From Mustelus asterias (lineage: Eukaryota), in NCBI RefSeq assembly GCF_964213995.1, contig NW_027590138.1, positions 1 to 64,000 of the forward strand: a DNA stretch of 64,000 nucleotides. Direction: 5' to 3'. The position numbers and the translations under genes were made by a program. The notes under the pieces were generated by a model that saw only the letters and a program-made list of their open reading frames with translations, did no database searches and was not told where the DNA came from. Each line of letters starts with the position of its first letter. Within the stretch, counting starts at the first letter, position 1. Shown one piece after another: positions 37,616 through 50,204 of the stretch.

Positions 37616-37882
37616 GTTAGAAGTCTCACAACACCAGGTTAAAATCCAACAGGTTTATTTGGTATCACGGGCTTTCGGGACGCACGCGCATGCGCGCACG
37701 CACGCACCCGCACACACGGGTTGATGTCAGTCTCAGTCTAATCCAACTGCTGGGCACCAAAATAATAACAGAAGCCAATCTGAAACTCAGTGTGTGTGTT
37801 TTATTGTGAAATGAGATAATGTATAAATATATCCCCATCGCTCCGGGTGGGAGTGGAATTGATGATTTCTTGACTGTCTGTC

Positions 37883-38145
37883 TGCACTGCTGCCTCATAG
37901 TGCCAGGGACCTGATTTAATTCCCGGCTTGGGTCACTGTCTGTGCAGAGTCTGCATGTTCTCCCCGTGTCTGTGTGGGTTCCCTCCAGGTGCTCTGGTTT
38001 CCTCCCATGGTCTGAAAAATGCACTGTTTAGGTGCATTGACCCGAACAGTTGCCAGACTGTGGTGACAAGGGGAATTTCACAGTGTTAATTGCAGTGTTA
38101 ATGTAAGCCTTACTTGTGACTAATAAATAAACTTTAACTTTTAAC
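37883..38145 (+). mobile_element. HE1-like V-SINE with alternative tail
   Basis: V domain followed by TTTCACAGT...GTAAGCCTTACTTGTGACTAATAAATAAACTTT. Confidence 0.85.
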
Positions 38146-38162
38146 TTGAATTTTGTGATCTC

Positions 38163-38490
38163 ATAGAAACGTAGAATCTTACAGTGCAGAAGAAGGACAT
38201 TCAGCCCATCGAGTCTGCACCAACCACAATCCCACCCAGGCCCTATCCCCGTAACTCCACATATTTAACCTGCTAATCCTCCTGACACTAAGGTCAATTT
38301 TGCATGGCCAGTCAACCTAAGCAGCACATCTTTGGACTGTGGAAGGAAACCGGAGCACCCGGAGGAAACCCACACAGACACGGGGAGAATGTGCAGACTC
38401 TGCACAGACAGTGACCCAAGCCGGGAATTGAACTCAGGTCCCTGGCGCTGTGAGGCAGTAGTGCTAACCACTGTGCCACCATGTTGCCCT
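38163..38490 (-). mobile_element. HE1-like V-SINE, CR1-type tail
   Basis: Reverse complement of the 37293-type consensus. Confidence 0.88.
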
Positions 38491-38854
38491 CATCTTCTAG
38501 AACAAATAGTAAATTGTTGAGATTATAAAGTTTGAATTGTAATATCTAATGGTGTAAAGTATCTGGGAGCAGAGTGGATGTGATAAAGGCTGGAATACAG
38601 ACTGTGGGAATGAGGCTGAAACTGCTGTGCTCAGTGAATGGTTCTTATTGGAGGGAGGGATGGGAGGAGGGAGAGAGGGATGGATGGTGAGAGGGAGGGA
38701 TGGAGAAAGGGAGGGAGTGTGAGGTGGATGGAGGGTGAGAGGGATGAATGGGGGTGAATGTGAAAAGCTGAAGTTTACATTTGAGGAGGTTCCCAGTCTC
38801 TCTGATCTCCAGTCTCCAGCTGAACTGGGGAAGCTTTTGCACAGAGTGTGCTGC

Positions 38855-38889
38855 TGCTGTTTCGCCTCCTGTCCACCAGGGGTCGCTAT
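38855..38889 (+). promoter_or_regulatory. Candidate CTCF site
   Basis: CCACCAGGGGTCGCT at 38873-38887 is one mismatch from CCACCAGGGGGCGCT; TGCTGTTTC lies upstream at about the U-motif spacing. Confidence 0.45.
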
Positions 38890-39014
38890 ATGCCTCCCAG
38901 CTGCTGCTCCTCCCAGTGTCACCACTTGCCCACTCCAGCCCCTCCAGTACACCTCACTGGAGCCCCGGGCCATTCTTGCCATCCTGCCAGGTCTCGGGTA
39001 CTGAGGCCAATAGT

Positions 39015-39305
39015 AAAGTTTATTTATGTGTCACAACTAGGTTTACATTCACACTGTAATGAAGTCACTGTGAAAATCACTTTGTTGCCACACTCCGGCA
39101 CCTGTTCGGGTACACTGAGGGAGAATTCAGCATGGCCAATGCACCTAACCAGCCTGTCTTTTGAACTGTGGGAGGAAACTGGAGCAAATCCACACAGACA
39201 CGTGGAAAATGTGCAAACTCCACACAGTGACCCAGCCGGGAATCGAATCCAAACCCCTGGTGCTGTGAGGCAGCAGTGCTAACCACTGGGCCACTGTACC
39301 ACCCA
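39015..39305 (-). mobile_element. HE1-like V-SINE, alternative tail
   Basis: A/B boxes at 39235-39300; tail AAAGTTTATTTATGTGTCACAA on plus. Confidence 0.85.
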
Positions 39306-39906
39306 GTGCTCTAAGGTTAAGTTTCTTCTTCAAATCAAAGAAGATTCAGTGTCACATCAGGACGGGGAAAAAGGAGTCCATTGGCTTCAGATGGATAATG
39401 GTAAAAGTGAATATCCCAATTTATTCACTTTATTCCTTCAAGCTGAGGTTTACAAAGTGAAAATTCCGCTGTTTATAGCAGTGACTAAATAAGCAATGAC
39501 CCACCACATAGCTAGTAATGCAGAATTTATCCCATAGGCAGCTCCTTGGCTCATTGTCTGCTGATGTGTCATCCAGAGCTGTTTCCCTGGCAGTTTGTGT
39601 CAGTAGTAGGCTGCCGTTACCATCCACTCTTGGGCAGGGTGAGGAGACAGCTCCGACACCGACCTCAGCTGGAATGGGGATTGAACCATACATTAGTCCG
39701 CAGGCCAGCAATGCTGCAAGAATTGCAAAGGGGCTCCACAGAGGCCCAGAATTAGAAGAGGGGGTTGTGAAGATGGAGGAAGTGTCTGCAAGACATGGGG
39801 ACATTTTGGATTATCTCAAAATTACAGAATATGGGATACCAGTCAGAAATGTGTTGAAATTGTCAAGTCTGGCAGTAATGTGTGGATGTGGGATTCAGCA
39901 GCAGAA

Positions 39907-40230
39907 GGGCTGCACGGTGGAACAGTGGTTAACACTGCTGCCTAACAGCACCGGGTTTGAATCCAGCCTTGGGTTTGTGTGTGGAGTTTGCACCTTCTCC
40001 CTGCGTCTGAGTTTCCTCTGGGTGCTTCAGTTTCCTCCTACAATCCAAAATTGTGCAGGTTAGGTGGATTGGCCATGTTAAATTATCTGTTTGCGTCCAA
40101 AGATGTGTAGGTTGGGGGGGTTAGCAGGGTAAATGCACAAGGGTACAGGGCCCATCGAGTCTGCACCGACTCTCCAACAGAGCATCTTACCCAGGCCCTA
40201 TCCCCGTAGCCCCACATATTTATCCCGCTG
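39907..40230. mobile_element. HE1-like SINE (plus) and an inverted tail fragment
   Basis: GCACGGTGGAACAGTGGTTAACACTGCTGCC, V domain. Confidence 0.75.
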
Positions 40231-40717
40231 TTCCACTGTGTTACTTATTCATTACAATAGGGACCAGAGTCTGAGGTTATAAATGGGTGAGTTTACTCCA
40301 ATAGTAATTCTTTCGACATCTGACAAGTTTACAGCTATTAACATCCTGCCTATCAAATAGCTCCAGCCTACATATGAGAGAACCAACATTCAGAGCTTTC
40401 AAATCCTCATCCTGAAGTTACAAAACAGACTTTAGTCATCGGCCTGCTGATACATCGGCACATTCACACAGGGGTGGATTGGACTGTCATCTGTTTATTA
40501 TTCATCTTTAGTTCAATACAGTTTCTGAGTGATTTAAATTCAAAACAAGGTCTGCAGGCGTGAAGATTTATTGACACATGAATGAGAGATGCTGTGGGGC
40601 ATTCTACGAGTCTAACAGGGCTGATTTACATCAGAAAAACTCCAACTATCAGAATAAACATAATTCAGTCTGGATGTAATTAACAGCAGCAATAACAGCA
40701 GAATCACACCCCTGTGA

Positions 40718-41923
40718 TCACTGGTGAACTCGCTGGTGTCTCACCAGGTTGTGTGACTGGGTGAATCTCTTTCCACACTTTGAACAAGTGAACGGCTTCT
40801 CCTCACTGTGAACTTGTTGGTGCCTCAGCAGAATGGATGACCGGGTGAATCCTTTCCCACACTCAGTGCAGGTGAACGGTTTGTCCTCAGAGTGATTTCG
40901 CTGGTGTGCGAGCAGAAGTCTTCTGCTTTTAAAGCTCTTCTCACAGTCAGAACATCTGAACGGTCTCTCATTTGTGTGAACAAGTTGGTGTGAAGTGAGA
41001 GAGGATAAACAAGTGAATCCCTTCCCACACACAGGGCAGGTGAACGGCCTCTCCCCAGTGTGAATTCGCTGGTGTACAGTGAGGTCGCCTGATCGCCTGA
41101 AACCAGTCCCGCAGTGAGAGCACATGAATGGTCTGTCGTCAGAGTGAACACGTTGATGGTGACGCAGTTCCTCAGAACTTTTATAGCCCTTCCCGCAGTC
41201 TGGACATTTAAACGGTCTCTCTTCACTGTGAACTCGTTGGTGTTTCTGCAGGTTGGATGATCGGTTAAATCCCTTCCCACATTCAGAGCAGGTGAATGGC
41301 CTCTCTCCAGTGTGAATGCGCTCATGTGCCACAAGGTGGAATGATGTCCTGAACCCTTTCTGGCAGTGGGAGCAGCTGAACGGTGTGGAACCGGTGTGAA
41401 TGTACTGGTGCTCCCGCAGTGTGCGTGGAGTTTTAAAACTCTTTCCACACTCAGTGCATTTAAACTCTCTCCTGTCGGTGTGAACTTGCTGGTGTCTCTG
41501 CAGGGCAGAGAAATCTGTGAATCCCTTCCCACACACGGAGCAGGTGAATGTCCTCTCCCCTGTGTGAATGTGCCAATGCATCAGCAGGGCCGATGACTGA
41601 GTAAATCCTTTTCCACATTCAGAGCAGGTGAACTGCCTCTCCCTGCTGTGAATGCGCTGGTGAATCAACAGGCCAGCTGTCTGAGTGAATCCCTTCCCAC
41701 ACACAGGGCAGGTAAAAGGTCTCTCTCCAGTGTGAGTGCGTTGGTGATTTTTCAGGTCAACTGGATAATTGAATCCTTTCCCACAGTCTCCACATTTATA
41801 CGGTCTCTCCCTGGTGTGACTGCGCTTGTGACTCGACAGGCCAGATGATCGATTGAAGCCTTGTCCACACACAGAACACGTGTACGGTTTCTCCTCTCTG
41901 TGAACGGTGCTTTTTCCTTCCAT
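40718..41923 (-). CDS. C2H2 zinc-finger protein, 14 fingers, MEGKSTVH class (ZNF-E)
   Basis: AACATGG start at 41923; frame open back to the acceptor TTTTTCAG at 42030; AATAAA on minus at ~40567. Confidence 0.9.
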   Translation of the reverse strand: MEGKSTVHREEKPYTCSVCGQGFNRSSGLSSHKRSHTRERPYKCGDCGKGFNYPVDLKNHQRTHTGERPFTCPVCGKGFTQTAGLLIHQRIHSRERQFTCSECGKGFTQSSALLMHWHIHTGERTFTCSVCGKGFTDFSALQRHQQVHTDRREFKCTECGKSFKTPRTLREHQYIHTGSTPFSCSHCQKGFRTSFHLVAHERIHTGERPFTCSECGKGFNRSSNLQKHQRVHSEERPFKCPDCGKGYKSSEELRHHQRVHSDDRPFMCSHCGTGFRRSGDLTVHQRIHTGERPFTCPVCGKGFTCLSSLTSHQLVHTNERPFRCSDCEKSFKSRRLLLAHQRNHSEDKPFTCTECGKGFTRSSILLRHQQVHSEEKPFTCSKCGKRFTQSHNLVRHQRVHQ

Positions 41924-42590
41924 GTTCAAAGGCCGATGATGTTCAGATCCTGATGAATCAAAGCTCTCTGTCTGATCTTGATGTGATCCTTGATGTACAA
42001 TTTTCTGTAATTCCTCACCTTCTAATCCCCTGAAAAATGAATTGAAAACAGAAAGAGGGAAACATGAGAGACAAGCCATAAATATACAAAGACAAAATGT
42101 GAAAGTGAGTTGATCTAATCTGGTAAATTGTGGGATTGGGACTGGGAAATAGTGGATATGAAAGCTGCTGGATTGTGACAAAGCCTCAAACTGTTTACCA
42201 GTGCACTGAGGGAAAGGAACCCTCCACCTCTTCAGAGCCAACAACAAGAATCCAGCCTTTATGCGTGAAGAGGGAGAGGTCGGGAGGAGGGTGACGGAGA
42301 GAGACTTTATACATCAGCAACTCAACCAGGATTTTGGCAGAATCTCCTAAACCCACAATCTTCTCCACCTGGAAGTACCAGAGCAGCTGGGACATGGGAA
42401 AACCACACAACTCCCTGACTTGGACAAATATCACTATCCCTTCAACGTGACTGGGTTAAAATTCTAATACTCTTGCATTGTGGGAGCACCTACGGACTGC
42501 AGAGGTTCAAGAAGAAGGCCAACTATCACCATCACAAAGGACAATTGGTGATTGGTAACATATGATAGTAATAGTCTGTGATAGTAATTC

Positions 42591-42952
42591 ATGATGTGGA
42601 GATGCCGGCGTTGGACTGGGGTAAACACAGTAAGAAGTTTAACAACACCAGGTTAAAGTCCAACAGGTTTATTTGGTAGCAAAAGCCACACAAGCTTTCG
42701 GAGCTCTTAGCCCCTTCTTCAGGTGAGTGGGAATTCTGTTCACAAACAGGGCATATAAAGACACAGACTCAATTTACATGAATAATGGTTGGAGTGCGAA
42801 TACTTACAACTAATCAAGTCTTTAAGAGACAAAACAATGTGAGTGGAGAGAGCATCAAGACAGGCTAAAAATATGTGTATTGTCTCCAGACAAGACAGCC
42901 AGTGAAACTCTGCAGGTCCACGCAACTGTGGGAGTTACAAATAGTGTGACAT
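42591..42952 (-). mobile_element. Penelope-type family A pLTR with hammerhead motif (42688-42726)
   Basis: Minus UCAC-CUGAAGA-AGGGGC-UAAGA-GCUCC-GAAA-GCUU-GUG. Confidence 0.8.
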
Positions 42953-43329
42953 TTTATAGTAATAAAATTCATTACAGTAATTATAGTAATTCATTACAGA
43001 TACCTGGGTCTTGTCAGTAATGTCCACTTCCAAAGAATTTTTTGTTTATTTGCAAATCTGTATGAAACCTGCAAGTTCATACGTTCACAAGATATAGGAG
43101 CAGAATTAGGCCATTCGGCCCCTTGAGTCCGCTCTGCCATTCAATCATGGCTGATATGCTTCTCATCCCCATTTTCCTGCCTTCTCCCATAACCTTTCAA
43201 CCCATAACCAATTAAAAATCTGTCCAACTCCTCCTTAAATTACTCACTGCCCAGCATCCACCGCACTTTGGGGTAGCAAATTCCACAGATGAAAGGAAAA
43301 CAAGGAAACAAAACCAATGACCACTGCAA

Positions 43330-43590
43330 TCCAGGAGGACAAGGACAGTGGACAGATGGGAAAGCCATTACCTGGAAGTCCCCTTCCAAACCACTCAGCA
43401 TCTTGACTTGGAAATATGTCACTGTTCCTTCACTGTCATTGGATCAAAATCCTGGAATTCCCTCCCTAATAACACTGCGGATGTACCTACGCCACATAGA
43501 CTGCAGCGATTCAAGAAGGCAGCTCACCACCACCTTTTCAAGGGCAATTAAGGATGGGCAATAAATGCTAGTCTAGCCAACGACTAGAAT
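43330..43590 (+). mobile_element. Non-LTR LINE 3' end sharing its tail with the second SINE family
   Basis: GSKSWNSLPNNTADVPTPHRLQRFKKAAHHHLFKGN*, then AAGGGCAATTAAGGATGGGCAATAAATGCT. Confidence 0.65.
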
Positions 43591-43744
43591 CAATTGAACA
43601 ATTTTAAAAATGACTTGGAATATCCATGAGAAAACAATCATGACAGTTACTCAAATAAATACTTCACTCAGTCACACCAGCTTCTGAGTTTATATTTGAC
43701 TGAAGTGGTTGGATTTTGCTGTTGTTTGTGGAAAACTTTGGGGA

Positions 43745-44630
43745 ATTTGCCCAGTCCATTACACAAACTAGCCTCCCATCCATTGTCTCCATCTACACTT
43801 CCCGCTGCCTCGGAAAAGCAGCCAACATAATCGAGAATGTCACACACCCCGGACATACTCTCTTCAACCTTCTTCTGCCAAGAAAAAGGTACAAAAGTCT
43901 GAGATCATGTACCAACCAATTCAAGAACACCTTCTTCCCTGCTGCCATCAGACTTTTGAATAGACCTACTTCTTATTAATTTGATCTTCCTCTACAGCCC
44001 AACTGTGACTGTAATACTACATTCTGCACTCTCTCCTTTTCTCCCCTATGTACAGTATGCTTTGTCTGTATAGTGCACAAGGAATAATGTTTTTCACTGT
44101 ACACTAATATATGTGACAATAATAAATCAAATCAAATAAGAACCCCACACACTCCAAATGTGCGGGTTAGGTTGATTGGCCAGGTTAAAAATTGTCCCTT
44201 AGAGTCCTGGGATGCGTAGGTTAGAGGGATTAGCGGGTAAAATATGTGGGGGTAGGGCCTGGGTGGGATTGTGGTCGGTGCAGACTCGATGGGTCGAATG
44301 GCCTCCTTCTGCACTGTAGGGTTTCTATGTTTCCAGACATACTCTTTTCCACCTTCTTCCATTGGGAAAAAGGATACAAAAGTCTGAGATCAGGTACCAA
44401 CTGACTCAAAAACAGCTTAATCCCTACTGCCATCAGAATTTTGAATGGAGCTGCCTTATATTAAGTTGATCTTTTGCTACACCCTAGATATGACTGTAAC
44501 ACTACATTCTGCACCCTTTTCTTTCCTTCTCTCCTATCTGCTCTATGAATGGAATGCTTTGTCTGTACAGTTCACAAGAAATAATAATTTTCACTGTAAA
44601 CCATAACATGTGACAATAATAAATCAAAAT
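43745..44630 (+). mobile_element. Two Rex1/Babar LINE 3' ends with an intervening SINE fragment
   Basis: LPSIVSIYTSRCLGKAANII...HPGHTLFNLL...KNTFFPAAIRLLN; tails TGTGACAATAATAAATCAAA at ~44113 and ~44609. Confidence 0.8.
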
Positions 44631-44769
44631 TATCCACCAGTTCCCACTTCTGTTCTTTCTGATGAATGAAGGATCTGTGCACAGCTTTTCCGACCCTCCT
44701 CCCAATCTCCACATCACAGCAAAAAGATCACCAGTCAACAATAACGACATTCAATGACGGAGGGTTTAC

Positions 44770-45140
44770 CCAGCATTCGCCGCGGTGGTGAATGTCCCCT
44801 ATTTACACCTGAGGAAGGCACCGCGCAGGCGCAGAATTACCAGATCTGGCGCATGCGCACCGTCAGTTATGGCGATGGGGTGAGTCTCTCTTTTTGTCTC
44901 TTTGCCACGGGGAAGGCAGCGGAAACTCTGAGGGAGCGATGGAGCCGGCTCTGGATAGGGAGAGTTTCTAAACACCTGGTGGACGCCTCAAACCCCGATT
45001 GAGACTCTGTGCTTCCGTGTTTGCAGCTCCGGATCTTTTTCCGCCCGGAGGCCCAAGTCCAGGTTAACGGCCGCTATCTTGGATCAACGAGAGGCGCATG
45101 CGCCAGGGTCTTCGTTGCGCAATAGTAAGGGCGGGGCTGA
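44770..45140. promoter_or_regulatory. Putative bidirectional CpG promoter between ZNF-E (minus) and ZNF-F (plus)
   Basis: GCGCAGGCGCA, GCGCATGCGCA and GCGCATGCGC NRF1 motifs, GGGCGGGG, donor GGG|GTGAGT at ~44880; 44965-45075 is homologous to the reverse complement of 17970-18080. Confidence 0.7.
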
Positions 45141-45254
45141 GATTTTACAGTTCCCACCGGGTCCTAGTTTCCAGCACATTAGAGTTAACATTGATCTTTC
45201 GTGTCAGAAGTAGGTTTACATTGACAGGATAATGAATCTGTAGAGAAAGATCAA

Positions 45255-45522
45255 TTCGTGTCAGAAGTAGGTTTATATTGACACGACAATGAAGTTACTG
45301 TGAAAATCCCCTCGTCACCACACTCCGGCGCCTGTTCGGGTCCACTGAGAGAGAATTTAGCATGGCCAGTGCACCTAACCAGCACATCTTTCGGACTGTG
45401 GGAGGAAACCTGAGCACCTGAAGGAAAGCCACACAGACACAGGGATAATCTGCAAACTCTACACAGACAGTGACCCAATCCGGGAACTGAAGCCAGGTCT
45501 AACCACTGTGTCACTGTGCCTC
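45255..45522 (-). mobile_element. HE1-like V-SINE, alternative tail
   Basis: V domain and TGAAGTTACTGTGAAAATCCCC tail on plus. Confidence 0.8.
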
Positions 45523-46580
45523 CCAGCAAACTGGGCAACAGGTGTCTAAACAGTTTCACCCGCTCCCAGCCTGCAGCTGATGTTTGCAGGAGTCCATGAA
45601 TCATGTACATATTCAGTGTGAGAGGTTGCAGTCCCTGAAGGAGCTGCTTCTCCACTTTTAGTTACACTTCTATTCTGCCCCATGCTCCTAATCATTGGCT
45701 TCCCATGTGGAGGAGGCTTGGGAGGTCAGAGGACCTTTTCCTGGACCTGCTCTCTTGGGGCTGGTTAAAACAGTGATTTGTAGATCAGCATGGGGTAACT
45801 AGGTTGTTGGCCTCTCTCCCACGGTCTTGTCCATGCTCGCGTGGTCCTGGAGAAGAACCGTGCAGTGTCGACTGCAACACTCGATACCTTCCACAACTCA
45901 GGGTACAGAGTGTCTCATAGACACTGGAAACAAAGTTCTGGTTTAGTTGAGATGGAAGTTTGATTGGACCACAAGATTGCGGAAACAAGAGAGAAAAGAA
46001 TATTCCATGGAAATGAGAATTGTCTGTTATGACTTTTTATCCTGTGCTGACAATGATACTGACTCTGTCAATGTCTTTTACAAGGTCCACAAGGGCGATG
46101 AATTGCAGATTGGAAACTGAAACCAAACATCACATCAAGAGCTGATAGAGTCACTCAGTTCATCAGAACCTGAATATCATTGACCTTTAAATGTGGAAGG
46201 AGAAATGTTTTTCTGTTTTGGCGGTGAGGAAAGATTTCAAACATCAGTGTGACTGGAAAAGCACCGAGACACACACACACCCGAGTGAGAGTGTTCCAGT
46301 GAACTGACTGTGGAAAGAGCTTTAACCAGTTACACAGCCTGATTTTTAAAAAGTGTCATTATTCACAGCAGAGAGCCAAAGGATGAGAAGATCTTGGAGC
46401 AGAGTTGGGCCCATTGAGTCTGCTCCACTATTCACTGATCTGATATAATCCTGAACTCCACTTTCCTGCCTTATCCCCATGACCCTTGATTCCCTTACTG
46501 AGAAATAATACACAAGTTCTTTATGTGGACAAGGCTTGAACAGATTGTTTAACCTAGAGGGACACAAGGACACCTACACT

Positions 46581-47630
46581 ATGGAGAAACCATGGAAATG
46601 TGGGGACTGTGGGAAGGGATTCAGTTACCCATCGCTGCTGGAAATACATCGCCGCAGTCACACTGGGGAGAGACCATTCACCTGCTCCGTATGCGGGAAG
46701 GGATTCATTCAGTCATCCCACCTGCTGACCCACCAGCAAGTTCACATTGAAGAGAGGCTTTTTAGCCACTCTGACAGCGATAACAACTCTAAAAGCTCTG
46801 AGGACCTGGTCAAGCACCAGATTGTTCACATTGCAAGACAGTTCAGTTGCTCTCATTGTGGGAAGCTGTTTAAACGATCACAGAACCTCATTGAACACGA
46901 ACGCACTCACACTGGGGAGAGGCCATTCATCTGCTGTGTGTGTGGGAAGGGATTCACACGATCATCCCACCTCGCTACACACCGACTGGTTCACACTGAT
47001 AACAGACCTTTCAAATGTTCCGAATGTGAGAAGAGTTATAAAACCACAAGTGATCTGCTGATACACCAGCGAGTTCACAATGGGGAGAGGCCATTCAGAT
47101 GTACAGTGTGTGGGAAGGGATTCACTCTGTTATCCAGCCTCCAGAAACACCAGCGAGTTCACACTGGGGAGAGGTCGTTCGCCTGCTCCTTGTGTGGAAA
47201 AGGATTCATTTATTTAACCAGTCTCAGATCACACCAACTTGTTCACTCGGATAAGAAACCTTTCAAATGTTCTGAATGTGAGAAGAGCTTTAAGACCTCA
47301 AGTGTTCTGCTGAGACACCAGCAAGTTCACTCCGGGGAGAGACCGTTCACCTGCTCTGACTGTGGAAAGGGATTCACTCGTTCATCCAACCTGCAAACAC
47401 ACCAGCACATTCACACCGGGGAGAAACCATTCACTTGCTCTGAGTGTGGGAAGGGATTTTCTCACTCACCCCACCTGCTGAGACACCAACGCACTCACAA
47501 TGGAGAGAGACTGTTCACCTTCTCTGAGTGTGAGATGGGATTCACTCAGTCAACCCATCTTCTAACACACCAGCAAATTGACAAGTGTCTGGAGGAATTG
47601 GATTCTGCTGTTATTCACATCCAGGACTGA
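46581..47630 (+). CDS. C2H2 zinc-finger protein, 10 intact and 2 degenerate fingers, MEKPWKC class (ZNF-F)
   Basis: ACTATGG start at 46581; acceptor at ~46084; a LINE-tail fragment is inserted in the leader at ~46375-46500. Confidence 0.88.
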   Translation: MEKPWKCGDCGKGFSYPSLLEIHRRSHTGERPFTCSVCGKGFIQSSHLLTHQQVHIEERLFSHSDSDNNSKSSEDLVKHQIVHIARQFSCSHCGKLFKRSQNLIEHERTHTGERPFICCVCGKGFTRSSHLATHRLVHTDNRPFKCSECEKSYKTTSDLLIHQRVHNGERPFRCTVCGKGFTLLSSLQKHQRVHTGERSFACSLCGKGFIYLTSLRSHQLVHSDKKPFKCSECEKSFKTSSVLLRHQQVHSGERPFTCSDCGKGFTRSSNLQTHQHIHTGEKPFTCSECGKGFSHSPHLLRHQRTHNGERLFTFSECEMGFTQSTHLLTHQQIDKCLEELDSAVIHIQD

Positions 47631-48256
47631 ACAATGTTCATTCTGACAGTTGGGGTGTGTTTTTGCTGATGTTAGTGATTGCTATAACTGGGCTGGGGTT
47701 TATTACTCTGGATAAATGTCAAATTAACTAATATTGTTTAAGACACAAAGCTGAGACCTTCATTTCTCCAGGATAAGAAAATATTAATCAATGTCTTGTT
47801 ACCAATTGCTGCATTTTTGTGGCCTTTTCTCCTTCCTAGTTCTAGATTATTTCAGTTTTCATACCTTGTTACTCTCCTGGACAAGTCCCAGCTCCCCATA
47901 CCTTCCAGAGTGTCTTTCCTGGCCTTGGAATCCATGGAAGGCATCAGTAACACATCCGCGATCACCAAACACAAATCACAGTTGTTTGCACTGATCCACT
48001 TCTTTCCCCAGTCATTGAGGATGGTGGTGTTTGTGGAGCTTTCTCTTGTCCACCACCATTCAGGACTGGATGTGGGGGGACTGCAGCTTTGATCTGATCC
48101 GTTGTTTGTGGGATCGCTTGGTCCTGCCTGGAACATGCTGCCTCTGCTGTTTAGCATGCTTATAGTCCCATGTTACAGAGTAACCAGGTTGGAATCTCAG
48201 TTTTAGGGTGCCCAGTGCTGCTCCTGACTTGTTCTCCTACACTCCATGTTGAACTA

Positions 48257-48612
48257 GGGGAGGTGATGACTGGTGGTATTATTGCTGAACTGTTAATCCA
48301 GAAACTCAGCTAATGATTTGGGGACCGGGTTTCGAATCCTGCCACATCAGTTGGTGGAATTTGAATTCAATAAAAAAATCTGGAATTAAGAATTTATTGA
48401 TGACCATGAAACCATTGTTGATTATCGTAAAAAAAACCCATCTGGTTCACTAATGCCCTTCAGGGAAGGAAATCTGCTCTCCTTACCCTGTCTGGCCTAC
48501 ATGTGACTCCCTCTGAAATGGCCTCGCAAGTCACTCAGTTCAAGGGCAACAAGGACTGGACCATAAATGCTGGCCACCCAGCAATGCCCATTTCCCACGA
48601 ATGAATAAAAAA
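48257..48612 (+). mobile_element. tRNA-derived SINE, second family
   Basis: TGGTGGTATTATTGCTG...GGTTTCGAATCC head; body AAAACCCATCTGGTTCACTAATG; ends GAATGAATAAAAA. Confidence 0.8.
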
Positions 48613-48699
48613 GAATTTCAAGTTGAGGACTCCCAGGATGACTTCCTTGCACTGTACACCTCTGTGCTGCTCCCCCTACTCAGGTCTGAACTGCTGGGA

Positions 48700-49850
48700 G
48701 GACAGAACATTTTGGCAGGAAGAATAAAAGGGAAGCAGATTATCTAAATGGTGAGAGATTGTAGAGCTCTGAGATGCAGAGGGATCTGGGTGTCCTAGAG
48801 ATTGAATAAACTGGGATTGTTCTCCCTGGAAAGACGGAGGCTGAGGTGCGACCTGATAGACGTTTATAAAATTATGAGGGGTATGGATAGGGTGAACAGT
48901 TGGGAGCTTTTTCCCAGGGCAGAAATGACAATTACAAGGCGGCACAAGTTCAAGATAAGGGGGAAAGGTTCAGTGGAGATGTGTGGGGGAAGGTTTTTTA
49001 CACAGAGGGTGGTGGGGGCCTGGAATGCACTGCCAAGTGAGGTGATTGAGGCAGATACGTTAGTGACATTTAAGACTTATCTGGATAGACACATGAACAG
49101 ATGGGGAATAGAGGGATATAAGCGGTTGGTCTCGATAGGACAACATGATCAGCGCAGACCGAAGGGCCTGTTCCTGTGCTGTTCTTTGCATGAATCACAA
49201 AAAGCTAGTAAGCAGGTAAAGCAAGTAATTAGGAAAGCTATCATTTGTGAGGGGAATTGATTGCATAAATATGGAGGTTATGCTTCAGTTATCCAGAGCA
49301 CCAGTGAGACCACATCTGGAGTACGGTGTACAGTATTGGTCATCTTGTTTAAGCAAGGATGTAAATACATTGGAAGCAGTCGATTGACCAGACTAATGCC
49401 AGAAATGTGTGGATTATGGGTAAAGCTTGGACAGGCTTGGTTTGTGTCTGCTGGAGTTTAGAAGAGTAAGATAAATTTGATCGAAACATAGAAGATCCTG
49501 AAGGGTCTTGACAGGTTGATGTGGAAAGGATGTTTCCTTTTGTGTGAGAATCGAGAGCGAGAGGTCCCTGTTTAAAAATAAGGGTTCGCACATTTAAAAC
49601 GGAGATGAGGTGAAATATTTTCTTTCAGAGGGTCGTGAACCTCTGGAACACTCTTCTGAAAAGACGGTGGGAGCAGGATCTTTGAATATTTTTAAGGCAG
49701 ATGTAGATAGATTCTTGGCAAGCAAGTGGGTGATAGATTATTGGGGGTAGGCAGGATGCAGATTTAAAGTTACTATCAGATCAGCCCTGATCTGATTAAA
49801 TGGTGGAGCAGACTCAAGGGACCAAATAGCCGAATCCTGCTCCTTGTTCC
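48700..49850 (+). mobile_element. Nested CR1 3' ends
   Basis: LGLFSLERRRLRCDLIDVYKIMRG and FFTQRVVGAWNALP; one CR1 tail is inserted in another. Confidence 0.85.
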
Positions 49851-50204
49851 TGTGAGACATTGGCAGTAAGATATGATTCAAAGTATGACTGTGTCAGCCT
49901 GTTGCTTGACTGAACTGTTTGACTGTCGGAATGGTCATATTTAATAGTTTGTAGCTTAGTTATGTGTAATGATCAAGTAATTGAAGCTTATTAATCAATT
50001 AACCTGATGTGATATTCTGCTGAATTGTAATATATTAGTATCATGTCACTGGCTTTGTCTGTAACTGCGTTCTTATTTGACAAGTGAAATACATCACATG
50101 ACCCGAGGCCGGTGTAAAGCTACACTTTTATACTTTAATTACAGAGTCCTGTGGATCCCATCAACTCTGGATGAGCTGAGGTCTGGAACTGTTAACCCCT
50201 CAGT

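Noticed and set aside
39518-40063. 181-aa ORF with an ATG start
   Set aside because: No recognisable domain; it includes SINE-derived sequence at ~39630-39690 and from 39907 onward
41924-42247. N-terminal 108 aa of the 509-aa ORF as real coding sequence
   Set aside because: It starts at a non-ATG codon and runs through a polypyrimidine tract and acceptor at 42030, so 42030-42247 is intronic
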